A stretch of DNA of 64,000 nucleotides from the NCBI GenBank assembly GCA_963816145.1, contig CAWFJP010000014.1, positions 224,001-288,000 of the forward strand, given 5' to 3'. Each line of letters starts with the position of its first letter. Positions within the stretch are counted from its first letter, which is position 1. Source of the DNA: an uncultured delta proteobacterium (lineage in GTDB: Bacteria > Desulfobacterota > Binatia > UBA9968). This document shows, in pieces, positions 10,538-20,152 of the stretch. The position numbers were made by a program, and so were the translations under genes. The notes below the pieces were generated by a model that saw nothing but the letters and a program-made list of their open reading frames with translations, did not search any database and was not told where the DNA came from.

Positions 10538-10619
10538 TCACCACGAAGATCACGAAGGACACGAAGGTTTCGGAAAATCAAAATTCCGAACTTCGTGGTC
10601 TTCGTGTCCTTCGTGGTGA
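10538..10619. repeat. CACGAAG-type intergenic palindrome
   Basis: CACCACGAAGATCACGAAGGACACGAAG ... CTTCGTGGTCTTCGTGTCCTTCGTGGTG; sister copy at 34739-34816. Confidence 0.85.
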
Positions 10620-10632
10620 AAAATAATCTTCG

Positions 10633-10835
10633 TCATTTAACTGCATCCAACAGTTTGACCAAGCGGTCGTTAAAAAACTGCGCTGGTGTGGCTTTTTGGC
10701 TTCGGGAATGGTCTCGGACAAAAAGTCGAGCATGCCCTGGACGCCGGGCTCGGAGATCGTCAGCTCACGGCGAAAGCCGGCGCGGCGATTATCGCGCAAC
10801 GAACAGAGAGCTGTGAAAAATGTCTTATCGTTCAT
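10633..10835 (-). pseudogene. C-terminal remnant of an NMT1/SsuA-like solute-binding protein
   Basis: RRELTISEPGVQGMLDFLSETIPEAKK, then after a shift ATPAQFFNDRLVKLLDAVK*. Resembles the tails of the SBPs at 11034 and 15092; no N-terminal part is visible. Confidence 0.5.
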
Positions 10836-11033
10836 GCGCGGCGCTCCGCATCGAGAGGACGATGGCTTCGCGAAAGACTTCCCGCGTGATCACGGCATTC
10901 CTGATTGGCGGTAGGTCTACTACAGCTGCTTTGTGTCGTGCAACAGCTAAGTTCTCGTGCGGCTCCAATTCGCTCACACAGATGATTCGGCTCGCGCCAA
11001 GATTCAAAGCAGGCAAAAACCGGATATCAGTTT

Positions 11034-12083
11034 CTACTTTACGCCGGCGGCCTGAAGGTACTTGAGTTCGACGAAGCGCTCGGCTGCGGGCAGGGGCTGC
11101 TTCAGCAATCCGGCTTCATTCATGAACGCGATGACTTGAGACAGCCCTTTGACATTGACCTCGCCTTGGATCGGTAGGACATTTTTCTCCGGTTCGAAAA
11201 ACAGCGCGAGGGTTTTCTCGGCAATGTCGGCGGGGGTATCGGTGGTTTCGAGGATGGTTTTGATGACCGCCTTGCGGTTTGCCGGATTGCGGATGAATTT
11301 GAAGGTCGCGCTCAGGCCGCGCAGGTAACGCACGCTAGTTTCACGATTTTTCTCGGCCCAGGAGCGGCGCGCTGCCGTCACTGTATAGAGAAAGTCCGGA
11401 ACCGCGTCGTTGGAAATGCCGAGGACGCGGAATCCTTCTTTTTGCGCGATCAAGTCCTGAGGCTGGCCAAGTGGGACTGCGTCGCACTCACCCCGCTTAA
11501 GGCAATTCCAGCGCGTCGGCGTGCCTTCAATGGTTTTGACGCGAAAGTCGCCGCTATTGACACCATGCATCGCGAGTAGTCTGCGTGTCGAAATCGAAAT
11601 GGTTCCAGCCTCATCAGCCAAGCCGATCAGTTTGCCTTTGAGATCGGCGAAGGTTTTGATTTCCGGTTTGACCACCAGGCTGTAGATCGGGTTGGTGAAC
11701 TCAGCGGCGATGGCGACCGCGTCGGAACCGTTGAGCGCGGCGCGAATCAAAAAGGGCACGGCGACATGGGTTATGTCGACGGTGTCGTCATGGAGCGCGT
11801 CGATCATCTTGTCCGACCCGCCGGGTATTGGGATGATGATTTTGAAATTCAAACCGGCTCGGCGAAAAAAGCCTTCGCGCTCGCCAACGAAAATCGGCAG
11901 CGAGAAGATGCTCTTGGCCGCGGAAATCGCTTGGCCGTAGCGCAGCGCGATGGATTGCGCGGCGGTTTCAAATCCAGTGATCGTGCAGAATGCGAGGACG
12001 AGCGGCAAGGTGAGCCAACTCTTAAAAAAACAGACGGCCTGAATTTCCTGCTGCGCGGGAATTACGGTTGGGGACGGGGACAT
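11034..12083 (-). CDS. ABC transporter substrate-binding protein, NMT1/THI5/SsuA-like
   Basis: Hydrophobic leader; LPIFVGEREGFFRRAGL, IKTFADLKGKLIG. Confidence 0.85.
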   Translation of the reverse strand: MSPSPTVIPAQQEIQAVCFFKSWLTLPLVLAFCTITGFETAAQSIALRYGQAISAAKSIFSLPIFVGEREGFFRRAGLNFKIIIPIPGGSDKMIDALHDDTVDITHVAVPFLIRAALNGSDAVAIAAEFTNPIYSLVVKPEIKTFADLKGKLIGLADEAGTISISTRRLLAMHGVNSGDFRVKTIEGTPTRWNCLKRGECDAVPLGQPQDLIAQKEGFRVLGISNDAVPDFLYTVTAARRSWAEKNRETSVRYLRGLSATFKFIRNPANRKAVIKTILETTDTPADIAEKTLALFFEPEKNVLPIQGEVNVKGLSQVIAFMNEAGLLKQPLPAAERFVELKYLQAAGVK

Positions 12084-12118
12084 GGAGCAGTTCGGGTTTT
12101 ATTTTAGCGGAAGTAAAA

Positions 12119-12541
12119 CTACTTCGCTCCGACCTGCTTCATGGTGCATTCGATTTCGATGGCGATGGGCGGGGTCTTGCTCGGCCGGGTTTTGAGCAAG
12201 GTTTTGGTTTGTTTATAACCTTCTTTGGCGCAGGAAATCGTCACATTGGTGGGCGAGATATTTTTGCCGAAGCCGGGTATGCGGTAGGCGCCGGCGGCGT
12301 TCGTGCGCGCGACCACCGACGGCCGGCCTTTAATGTCGGCGGTGACTTTGGCGTCGCGGATCGTTTTGCCCGCGGTATCCTTAACGAAGCCGAAATAATT
12401 GGGTCCGTCATCGTGATCGTGATCATCCGGACCGTTTTCGCCGCCCGCCCAGACCGCGGTGCAGAGCGCTAACAGCGAATAGACCAACAGCCTCGCTGCA
12501 ATGCCGGCGCGATCGCCGCAAAATTTCATAAACGTCCTCAT
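12119..12541 (-). CDS. Secreted carboxypeptidase-regulatory-like domain protein
   Basis: Signal peptide, DDHDHDD stretch, FGFVKDTAGKTIRDAKV...TNAAGAYRIPG...CAKEGY. Confidence 0.65.
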   Translation of the reverse strand: MRTFMKFCGDRAGIAARLLVYSLLALCTAVWAGGENGPDDHDHDDGPNYFGFVKDTAGKTIRDAKVTADIKGRPSVVARTNAAGAYRIPGFGKNISPTNVTISCAKEGYKQTKTLLKTRPSKTPPIAIEIECTMKQVGAK

Positions 12542-12566
12542 TTTCAACCGGCAAGGTCCAAGCGTT

Positions 12567-12905
12567 TTATCGCAAGAAGAAAGTCCTCAATAGGTACGCG
12601 AAATTTACCATGACGAGGAACGGGATCAACCACGACCACATGGGCCTGATACGACCGGTGACCGCGTTGGGCAGGTAGGAGGCAAGGGTCGCAATGGCGA
12701 ATGCGCCGATCGCGGCAGTGGCGATCCAACCGTACCAATACATGGCCGGGCCGTCTTTAGTTTTTTCGACGTACAGCCCGAAACTTTCAAGCGCCGGGTG
12801 GTAGGTGAACAGCGCCCAATTGTTTTGAACCGCAAGCAGGTAAAGCGAGGCGAAAGCAACGGCGAAGACAATGACAAAAGTCGGGGTGGATCGAACCAAT
12901 ATCAT
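12567..12905 (-). CDS. Small membrane protein (about 3 TM)
   Basis: ATG at 12905 overlaps the upstream stop; hydrophobic segments with NWALFTYHP and GPAMYWYGW. Confidence 0.7.
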   Translation of the reverse strand: MILVRSTPTFVIVFAVAFASLYLLAVQNNWALFTYHPALESFGLYVEKTKDGPAMYWYGWIATAAIGAFAIATLASYLPNAVTGRIRPMWSWLIPFLVMVNFAYLLRTFFLR

Positions 12906-13366
12906 ACTTCGAAGCCTCGGATGTTGTTGAGGATATGGCCAACGAGGAAGCCCCACCAGACGATAAACGCCAGGATCGCCGTGACGACCTTGCGGCTCTG
13001 GGCAAGTTGCTCCGAGAGCGGTTGGCGCCACAGATACCAGTAGGCCGGTAGCATGCCCATGCCGACGGCGACTAGATGCTCCTTCAATTCGAAAACTCCG
13101 TTGGCTTTGTGCAGTTCATATTGTTCCAGGACGATTCTCACATTCAATCGATAGGTGGGGTAGATGATGCCACCGAGAAGCGCGGTGGCGATAAAGAGAA
13201 CGACGACCGCGGTGACGTAAGCGGGGGCCGACACCGAGCGCATGCGGCCGATGAAAGAATCCGCGCCTGGGCGCGCCGGCAGCCACGCGCCAATGGCTTG
13301 GTGCGTGATCGCACCGAGTAGGCCAACCGCGAGCAACCCGTGGATGATGAGCAACACGATCATCAT
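12902..13366 (-). CDS. Membrane protein (about 4 TM) with His residues in or near the helices
   Basis: 154 aa, four hydrophobic segments; IHG, ITHQ, KEH, VGH. Confidence 0.75.
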   Translation of the reverse strand: MMIVLLIIHGLLAVGLLGAITHQAIGAWLPARPGADSFIGRMRSVSAPAYVTAVVVLFIATALLGGIIYPTYRLNVRIVLEQYELHKANGVFELKEHLVAVGMGMLPAYWYLWRQPLSEQLAQSRKVVTAILAFIVWWGFLVGHILNNIRGFEV

Positions 13367-13539
13367 ATTGACTAGAGGGTTGCTTTACTCTATGTCGCGG
13401 GTGGATGTCCAGCAGATTTGCCGGAACTTCGACATCGGACCGCGCGTTGGGGTTGAAATAGCAACCAGAGCGATTAGAGTTGGCAACGAACACCGCCGCC
13501 GGCAATGAGGAGCAAGCCGATGGCGTCGAGGCGTTAAAC

Positions 13540-14592
13540 ATGGGCGAAATTCTTGGTCTCGGGGTCACCCATTATCCCGGTTTGACGGCGCAGGGAAATC
13601 TCAGCCGCCGCATTAAGATCTGCCTAGCCGATCCAGCGCTGCCCGAGCGTTTTCGCGAGTTGAAAAATTGGCCGGCGGCGATGCGCGAGCAGTGGAGCGA
13701 TGACGAAGGGAAAGCCCATTCGGACGCCCATCGCCAAGAGATGATCGAAGGTTTCCGCATGGCGCGGCGGGCGCTGAACGAATTCAAGCCCGACTTTTGT
13801 GTCGTCTGGGGCGATGACCAATATGAGAATTATCAAGCCGACTGCGTGCCACCGTTTTCGATACTGGCTTATGATCAAGTCGAAATCTTTCCGTGGCGCG
13901 ATAATCAGCGCGGTTTAAATTCCTGGAATGAGCCCAAGGACAAAGGCTTTGTTATTCACGGGTATCGCGACGGCGCGAAACACCTGGCATCTTATCTAAT
14001 CGATCATGGCTTCGATATCCCTTACGCGTATAAACCGCTGCATCACGGCTTGGGCCATGCTTTTTCCAACACGGTGCTGTTTCTCGACTGGGACCGCCAA
14101 GGTTTCACGTTCCCTTTGGTGCCATTTACCACTAATGCCTACGGGCGCTACCTGAGCGCCAGCAAAGGCGTGCCGCCGACACCGTCGGCGGCGGCGAAAT
14201 TTCCGGGCTACGAAGATCCACCGGGACCGCAGCCCTGGCGCTGTTTTCAAATCGGCGCGGCGACGGCCCGGGCGTTCGCCGACAGCCCATGGCGGGTTGC
14301 CTTGATCGCGTCTTCAAGCTGGTCCCATTCCTTCCTCACCGCGAAGCATGGCCGCATGTATCCCGATGTCGAATCCGATCGGCGTTATTTCGCCGCGCTG
14401 CAAGCGGGCGATTGGGAAATCTGGAAAAACACTCAACTGGCCGACGCTGAAGACCGCGGTCATCACGAGCTGATCAATTGGTTTTGCCTGGCGGGGGCGA
14501 TGGCCGAGCTGAAACGTAAGCCAGACCAAGCCGTGTTCCTGGAATCGTGGATCACCAATTCCGACAAAGTGTTTGCCGTATTTCGGCCGTAG
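13540..14592 (+). CDS. Extradiol ring-cleavage dioxygenase, class III (LigB-like)
   Basis: GEILGLGVTHYP, KPDFCVVWGDDQYEN, GLGHAF, IASSSWSH. Confidence 0.85.
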   Translation: MGEILGLGVTHYPGLTAQGNLSRRIKICLADPALPERFRELKNWPAAMREQWSDDEGKAHSDAHRQEMIEGFRMARRALNEFKPDFCVVWGDDQYENYQADCVPPFSILAYDQVEIFPWRDNQRGLNSWNEPKDKGFVIHGYRDGAKHLASYLIDHGFDIPYAYKPLHHGLGHAFSNTVLFLDWDRQGFTFPLVPFTTNAYGRYLSASKGVPPTPSAAAKFPGYEDPPGPQPWRCFQIGAATARAFADSPWRVALIASSSWSHSFLTAKHGRMYPDVESDRRYFAALQAGDWEIWKNTQLADAEDRGHHELINWFCLAGAMAELKRKPDQAVFLESWITNSDKVFAVFRP

Positions 14593-14609
14593 GGACAGTA
14601 AAGATTGAG

Positions 14610-14637
14610 GAATTGAGAATTGATAATGGAGAATTAA
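14610..14637. repeat. Degenerate heptamer tandem repeat (GAATTGA)x4
   Basis: GAATTGA GAATTGA TAATGGA GAATTAA in the intergenic region. Confidence 0.5.
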
Positions 14638-14700
14638 AAATTTGGCAAAGCGGGGCGGGAACTCTTAAGTTTCTAACTGAATTTATCGACGGAGGTGCCG

Positions 14701-15012
14701 ATGGTGATTCTCCACGTAACCATTCAGGTTAAGCCTGAACATGTGGCGCAGTTCCGCGACGTCGCGCGCTATGATGCCGAGCATTCGGAAAAGGACGAGG
14801 CCGGCTGCCTGCGCTTCGATGTGATTCAAGACCGCGACGACGCCAACCGCTTCTATTTCTATGAAGTCTATCGCGACGCGGCGGCGCTGGCGGCGCATCG
14901 CGAGACGCCGCACTTCAAATACTATGCGGAAAAGACTCAGCCTTGGCTGGCCGCGCCGCCGGAGCGCCGCTTTGGCACAAACGTGATTCCCGCCGATGCG
15001 GCGTGGCGGTGA
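14701..15012 (+). CDS. ABM-family protein (LsrG/quinol monooxygenase-like)
   Basis: EAGCLRFDVIQD...FYFYEVYRD..ALAAHRETPHF. Confidence 0.85.
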   Translation: MVILHVTIQVKPEHVAQFRDVARYDAEHSEKDEAGCLRFDVIQDRDDANRFYFYEVYRDAAALAAHRETPHFKYYAEKTQPWLAAPPERRFGTNVIPADAAWR

Positions 15013-15091
15013 TGGAATTTTGTTATGCGTCGCCCCAGTCCCTAAACCAGCTTGGTCCGGGCGGAAGAACTGACAATTAACCGGAGGTCGT

Positions 15092-16096
15092 ATGAAGGTT
15101 TCGCGAACCATCAATATTATCGTCGGTCTACTGTGGGTCGTTGTCGGCATCGTCGATCATGCTGCCGCCCAGGAAAAAGTTCGTTTGTCGCATAGCGCCT
15201 TGGAAACCAGCAATTCGGTGTGGTTTATCGCCCAGGAGCTAGGTTTCTACAAGAAATACGGCGTGGATTCCGAGCTGCTTTACATTCCCAGTACGACGAC
15301 CAGCTTAACGAGTCTCTTGGCTGGGGATGTTCACGTCGCCAATGTGTCGGGAGGCGCGGTGGCGAGCGCGGTGTTGGCGGGCGCGCAGATCGCCCTTGTG
15401 TCGTGCTATCTCAATTCGCTGCCTTATGAATTGGTCGTCAACGAATCGATAAAATCGGCCGAAGAACTCAAAGGCAAGAGCGTCGGTATCAGCCGTCTGG
15501 GGAGCGCGTCCGATGTGGCGGCGCGGGCGCTTCTGCGCGGTTTGAACTTGGAACCGGACAAACAAGTGCCGATCCTTCAAGTCGGCGGTTCGTCCGAAAG
15601 GGCGGCGGCGTTTCGCACGGGGCGCATCGCCGGATTCCCGTCGCCGCCGGGGATCGTTCACTTGACCAAGGGGATGCCGTTTCGGATTCTCATCAGCACG
15701 GCGGATTTCAAACAGCGCTTCGAGTTTCCCTATATTTGCGCGGCGACCACGCGCGACTATCTGCAAAAAAACCGCGACATCGTCAGAAGGGTGATCATGG
15801 CCCATATCGAAGCGGTGCACTTCGTCAAAACCCGCAAGGACGAGAGCAAAAAGATCATGTCCAAATACGCCCGCACGACCAACGAGGACTATTTGGAATC
15901 GGCTTATACGGCGAGTTCTAAACTCTACGATGCGGTGCCGCTGGTGACTCGGCCCGGCGTCGAAATTCAAATCCGCGAAGCGATCGCGACGGCGCGCAAG
16001 CCCGGCGCCCAGCTGCGCTTCGATGACATGGTTGATGAAAGTATCGTTCGTGAACTCGACAAGAGCGGGTTCATCGATAAGATTTACAAGCGCTAG
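15092..16096 (+). CDS. ABC transporter substrate-binding protein, NMT1/THI5/SsuA-like
   Basis: Signal peptide; WFIAQELGFYKKYGVD, IKSAEELKGKSVGISRLGSASD. Confidence 0.88.
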   Translation: MKVSRTINIIVGLLWVVVGIVDHAAAQEKVRLSHSALETSNSVWFIAQELGFYKKYGVDSELLYIPSTTTSLTSLLAGDVHVANVSGGAVASAVLAGAQIALVSCYLNSLPYELVVNESIKSAEELKGKSVGISRLGSASDVAARALLRGLNLEPDKQVPILQVGGSSERAAAFRTGRIAGFPSPPGIVHLTKGMPFRILISTADFKQRFEFPYICAATTRDYLQKNRDIVRRVIMAHIEAVHFVKTRKDESKKIMSKYARTTNEDYLESAYTASSKLYDAVPLVTRPGVEIQIREAIATARKPGAQLRFDDMVDESIVRELDKSGFIDKIYKR

Positions 16097-16161
16097 TTCC
16101 AGCGCTGACCGGCATTCGGATGTTGAAAACGTCCGAACGGATACTCCGGGCGTGCGACGAT

Positions 16162-16920
16162 TTAATTAGCTCTCCATACCCTCTGCGGCCGCCAGTGATG
16201 TGCTCGGTGGGCATCGACGTATTCCTGCCGGGCGAAAAGTTTGATCAGCGCCACGCCGGCGACGAAACCGCCGACATGCGCCCAAAAAGCGACTCCGCCC
16301 ATGTCGCCAACAGAAAACAAACCGCTCACCACTTGAATGATAAACCAGTAGCCAATCATCGCCCAGGCGGGCAAGGCGATCGATGTGAAGAATATGAAAA
16401 TCGGCACCAGCGCGTAAACCCTTACCCGTGGATAAAGAACCAGATACGCCCCCATCACGCCGCTGATCGCGCCTGAGGCGCCAACCATGGGAATGATCGA
16501 GGCAGGGCTGGCGATCACTTGTCCGAGCGCCGCCGCCAGGCCGGTGAGCAAATAAAACGCGATGAAACGCAGCCGCCCCATGGAGTCCTCGACATTGTTG
16601 CCGAAAATCCACAGAAACCACATGTTGCCGATTAGATGCATCCAGCCGCCGTGGAGAAACATCGAGGTGAGTAAATGGGAAGTCTGACGTCCCGGATCGG
16701 TCAAACAAGCCACGCCCTCTCCCATCGAAAAGCCGCGCCCCGGGGCGATTAAGCCGGTGAGCTCGCCGGGGATGAGGCCGAGGTTGCAGACCGACTTGGC
16801 CAGGGGAAGGTCGGCGCCGGCCCCTTGCACCACCAGCCAACTGAGAATGTTTAAAGCGATAATCGTTGCGGTGGCGATGGCGCGGCGTTGAGTTTCATTT
16901 TCATCGCGGTATGGAATCAT
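16162..16920 (-). CDS. Rhomboid family intramembrane serine protease
   Basis: TSMFLHGGWMHLIGNM, VGASGA (Ser), AHVGG (His). Confidence 0.95.
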   Translation of the reverse strand: MIPYRDENETQRRAIATATIIALNILSWLVVQGAGADLPLAKSVCNLGLIPGELTGLIAPGRGFSMGEGVACLTDPGRQTSHLLTSMFLHGGWMHLIGNMWFLWIFGNNVEDSMGRLRFIAFYLLTGLAAALGQVIASPASIIPMVGASGAISGVMGAYLVLYPRVRVYALVPIFIFFTSIALPAWAMIGYWFIIQVVSGLFSVGDMGGVAFWAHVGGFVAGVALIKLFARQEYVDAHRAHHWRPQRVWRAN

Positions 16921-17225
16921 GGATATCTTCCTAGCTTAAATTTGCCGAAAAGCCGAGGGGATAGGCTGTGGTCGGCGCTGCCCAGGGGGCGCTGCACAAA
17001 ATTGTTGTCGGCAAAAAAACTCTCGCGCGATCGCAAGTACAATTCGGTACGCCCCGGCGATCCTAAAGCGAGAATTACATGATCGGCGCAATCGGCAGCA
17101 AAGGGTGCGAAAAACTTTCCGCAGCTTTGGCAAATCGCGCCTTCGATTACCTTGCTGCCAGAACCAAATTTTGGCATTGCCGCTGGCCGACACTTTGCTC
17201 CAAGCTGCCACGGGGGTTAACTTCT

Positions 17226-17540
17226 ATGTTGGAGCAAAAAGCCAAGCGTGAGGAAGCTACTGCGAGATCGTCCACTACAAAGTCGCAGCCGGACTCGTCC
17301 ACGGGGCACAGTGTCATTGCGCTGCATGATCTCACACCCGGACCTGAGGCCGAGATCAGCCGACTAAAAACCCGGGTGATCGAGTTGACGGTGGAGACCG
17401 GGAATCTGCGGAACGAAAACCAAAGCCTCAAAGCGGAACTGCGGGAGATCAAGCTGGTGTTGAGCAAGGTCCAGCTCGACGAACTTCGCGGGTTCGAGAA
17501 GGTCAATTCTTGGTTGCGCTCATTGAAGTTGGTTCTTTGA
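17226..17540 (+). CDS. Hypothetical coiled-coil protein
   Basis: Heptad pattern EISRLKTRVIELTVETGNLRNENQSLKAELREIK; start uncertain. Confidence 0.5.
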   Translation: MLEQKAKREEATARSSTTKSQPDSSTGHSVIALHDLTPGPEAEISRLKTRVIELTVETGNLRNENQSLKAELREIKLVLSKVQLDELRGFEKVNSWLRSLKLVL

Positions 17541-17775
17541 TTTATCGAAACATTGCCACCGTTTCGCGGATTAAACTCTGACCGGCGTCCACCGTGCGTC
17601 CCATTCTTGTGGTTCAGCGCTAGCCGCCTCTCGTCGTCGCAACCCCGCGGCGATGCTCTCCTAGCTCTGGACAATCTGGTATTTTCGCCATAGATAACCG
17701 TTGCATACGCGACGTTGCCTGCGGAAGAATATCCGCATTGGCGCGGCGCTCGTGAATTACCTGAACGGAGGCGAC

Positions 17776-18870
17776 ATGAGCACGAAGGGGCGGGCGGCGA
17801 TCTATGTCGAACCGAAAAAGCCGCTGGTGGTCGATGAAGTAGAGTTCGGTGATCCTGGACCGGATCAGGTCTTGGTGAAACTGTTCGCCAGCGGCGTATG
17901 CCACTCGCAGTTGCACACCATGCAGCGGCCGGCGCGCAAGGGGCAGAGTTTGCCGGCGCTCTTGGGCCACGAGTCCACGGGTGTCGTGGTTGCCAGAGGG
18001 CGCGATGTGCGTCATGTGAAGGAAGGCGATCATGTGATCACCACCTGGGTCGATCGCGACAGCGCCACCACCAACCAGCCGATGGTAATGCATGCGCTCA
18101 ACGAGCGCGCTCAATACAATGCAAACTGGAAGGGTAAGAGTGTCATGCACTCGGCGGCCACCTGGGCCGAATATACGATCGCCCAGGAGCGGGTCGTCGT
18201 ACGCATGCCAAAGGATCTGCCGACCGACGTGACGTCGATTGTCGGCTGCGCCGTGATGACCGGGGCGGGGGCGATCGTCAATACGCTGCAAGTGCGGCCG
18301 AGTCAATCGGTCGCCGTATTCGGCGCGGGCGGCATCGGCCTCTGCGCGATTTCGGCAGCCGCCGTCGTCGATGCATATCCGATTATTGCGGTCGATGTTC
18401 ACCCGGAGAAATTGGATTTCGCCCGGCGGCTGGGCGCCACCCATGGCATCAATGCCAAAAATCTCGACCCCGTTCAGGTGATCAAAGATCTTACCGGCGG
18501 TGGCGTCGACTATGCAATTGACGCCATCGGCTTGCCGCTGACGCAGGAGCAAATCCTGCGCTCCGTGCGGCCAGGTTTCTCAGGACTCAGCCAAGGCGGA
18601 ACTGCGTTGCTCGTCGGCATCACGCCTCCCGATGCCAAAGCGCTGCTCGATACCAGCTGGTTCATCGGCAATCGCTCGTTCAAACGCACCAGCGGCGGCG
18701 ACTGCAAGCCCGACCGTGATTTCCCAATGTTTCTGCGCTGGTTCCGTGACGGCAAATTAAAGTTGAACGAGCTGATCACCAATCGCTATAAGCTCGAGCA
18801 GATCAATCAGGCCGTTGATGACTTGGAACATGGGCGGATATTGGGCCGGGCCATTTTGACGTTCGCTTGA
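17776..18870 (+). CDS. Zinc-binding alcohol dehydrogenase (MDR family)
   Basis: GGAGG RBS; GVCHS, LGHES, GCAVMTG, GAGGIG. Confidence 0.92.
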   Translation: MSTKGRAAIYVEPKKPLVVDEVEFGDPGPDQVLVKLFASGVCHSQLHTMQRPARKGQSLPALLGHESTGVVVARGRDVRHVKEGDHVITTWVDRDSATTNQPMVMHALNERAQYNANWKGKSVMHSAATWAEYTIAQERVVVRMPKDLPTDVTSIVGCAVMTGAGAIVNTLQVRPSQSVAVFGAGGIGLCAISAAAVVDAYPIIAVDVHPEKLDFARRLGATHGINAKNLDPVQVIKDLTGGGVDYAIDAIGLPLTQEQILRSVRPGFSGLSQGGTALLVGITPPDAKALLDTSWFIGNRSFKRTSGGDCKPDRDFPMFLRWFRDGKLKLNELITNRYKLEQINQAVDDLEHGRILGRAILTFA

Positions 18871-18914
18871 GATTAACTTAGCCGCTTGGAACGCAAAAAA
18901 GAAAAATCGGAATG

Positions 18915-19062
18915 TTTCCCGCAAAGACGCCACGTCGCAAAGCTAAGATGACCGTGTCATTTCAACCGGAGGGAGAAGTCTTTTTTAGATCCGCCGCATT
19001 CGGGAGGACAGTCTAAACCTCTAAACTTAGCGTCTTGGCGGGAGGAATTTCCTTATCCGAGA
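18915..19062. repeat. Degenerate copy of the nested CGCAAAG/GTCAT palindrome
   Basis: TTTCCCGCAAAGACGCC...GTCATTTCAACCGGAGGGAGAAGTCT...CTTAGCGTCTTGGCGGGAGG..ATCCGA, similar to 5364-5515. Confidence 0.65.
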
Positions 19063-19122
19063 TCGGCTCGCAATACATTTGTTTCGCCGCTAACTTCATT
19101 ACGACAGAAATGGAACAACAAC

Positions 19123-20100
19123 ATGACGACAAAACCTTCCGATAAACCTATGACCCGTTCGATCGGTAGAGACACGATCCGTTCCCGTTTGGTGCTCGAA
19201 GTGGCTGCCGAGATGATCGAGCAAGAGGGTTGGCCCAACCGTCAGGCGCGAGTGAGCTTGCGGCCTCAGGGCGCGGAGGAGTGGGCGGTGAACATGATCG
19301 CCAGCGATGGGCCGGCGGCGCTGGATATGGTCGCGCGCGGCGAGATGCAACTGGCGATTAGTAATCCGGCGATGTATTTGGCGTTGGCGCTGCGCGGCAC
19401 GGGGCCATACAAAAAGGCTATTCCCTTGCGCGCCATCACCGTCATTCCGTCACCGGATCAATTGGCTTTTGCCGTTACTGAAAAGACCGGCTTGAAGTCG
19501 CTGCACGAGATTCGCGAGCGGCGTGTGCCGCTGCGGGTGTCGGTGCGCGGCCAGCGGGATCACGCGCTGCATCCGATCACCCATGAAGTCTTGAAGGCTA
19601 TGGGTTTCTCCCTTGACGATATCGTTTCCTGGGGCGGGCAGGTGCGCTACGATGACGGCTTGCCGAGCAAAGACAACCGCTTCGGCGCGATGCAGCGCGG
19701 CGAGGTCGATATGATCATCGACGAAGCGGTGCGCGGCTGGGCCAACAGTGCGCTCGATGCCGGCATGCGCATCCTGCCGCTCGAGGAAAGTGTCTTGGCG
19801 AAAATGGAAGCGCTCGGCCTGCGTCGCGGCATTATGCCGATGGCGCGCTATCCAAAGTTGGGTAAAGATTTACCAACGTTGGATTTCAGCGGCTTCGCTG
19901 TTTATACGCACGCCGATGTGCCCGATTCAGTCATCACATCGATCTGCGCGGCCCTGGAAGCGCGCAAGGAGCGCATCGGCTGGCAGGAGCCAGGGCCGCT
20001 GCCGGTCGAAAGCGGTTGCCGCGACACCGCCGACGGGCCGCTGGTGATTCCACTGCACCCGGCGGCGGAGAAATTTTGGCGCGGGCAAGGGTATTTGTAG
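19123..20100 (+). CDS. TAXI-family (TRAP) solute-receptor-like protein with no obvious signal peptide
   Basis: GLKSLHEIRERR, VYTHADVPD, IPLHPAAEKFWRGQGYL C-terminal TAXI signature. Confidence 0.8.
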   Translation: MTTKPSDKPMTRSIGRDTIRSRLVLEVAAEMIEQEGWPNRQARVSLRPQGAEEWAVNMIASDGPAALDMVARGEMQLAISNPAMYLALALRGTGPYKKAIPLRAITVIPSPDQLAFAVTEKTGLKSLHEIRERRVPLRVSVRGQRDHALHPITHEVLKAMGFSLDDIVSWGGQVRYDDGLPSKDNRFGAMQRGEVDMIIDEAVRGWANSALDAGMRILPLEESVLAKMEALGLRRGIMPMARYPKLGKDLPTLDFSGFAVYTHADVPDSVITSICAALEARKERIGWQEPGPLPVESGCRDTADGPLVIPLHPAAEKFWRGQGYL

Positions 20101-20152
20101 GGAAGAGGAAATTTCATTTTGCGCCGACCCGGCGAACGGCAAGTGGTTTCCG

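Noticed and set aside
10538-10619. Short tandem CACGAAG units (also 34739, 40654) as a CRISPR array
   Set aside because: Units are ~9 nt, arranged as inverted arms without unique spacers, and there are no cas genes.
16917-17177. Small CxxC ORF upstream of the rhomboid gene
   Set aside because: Only one Cys pair is clear, with no RBS or family motif; it cannot be supported.
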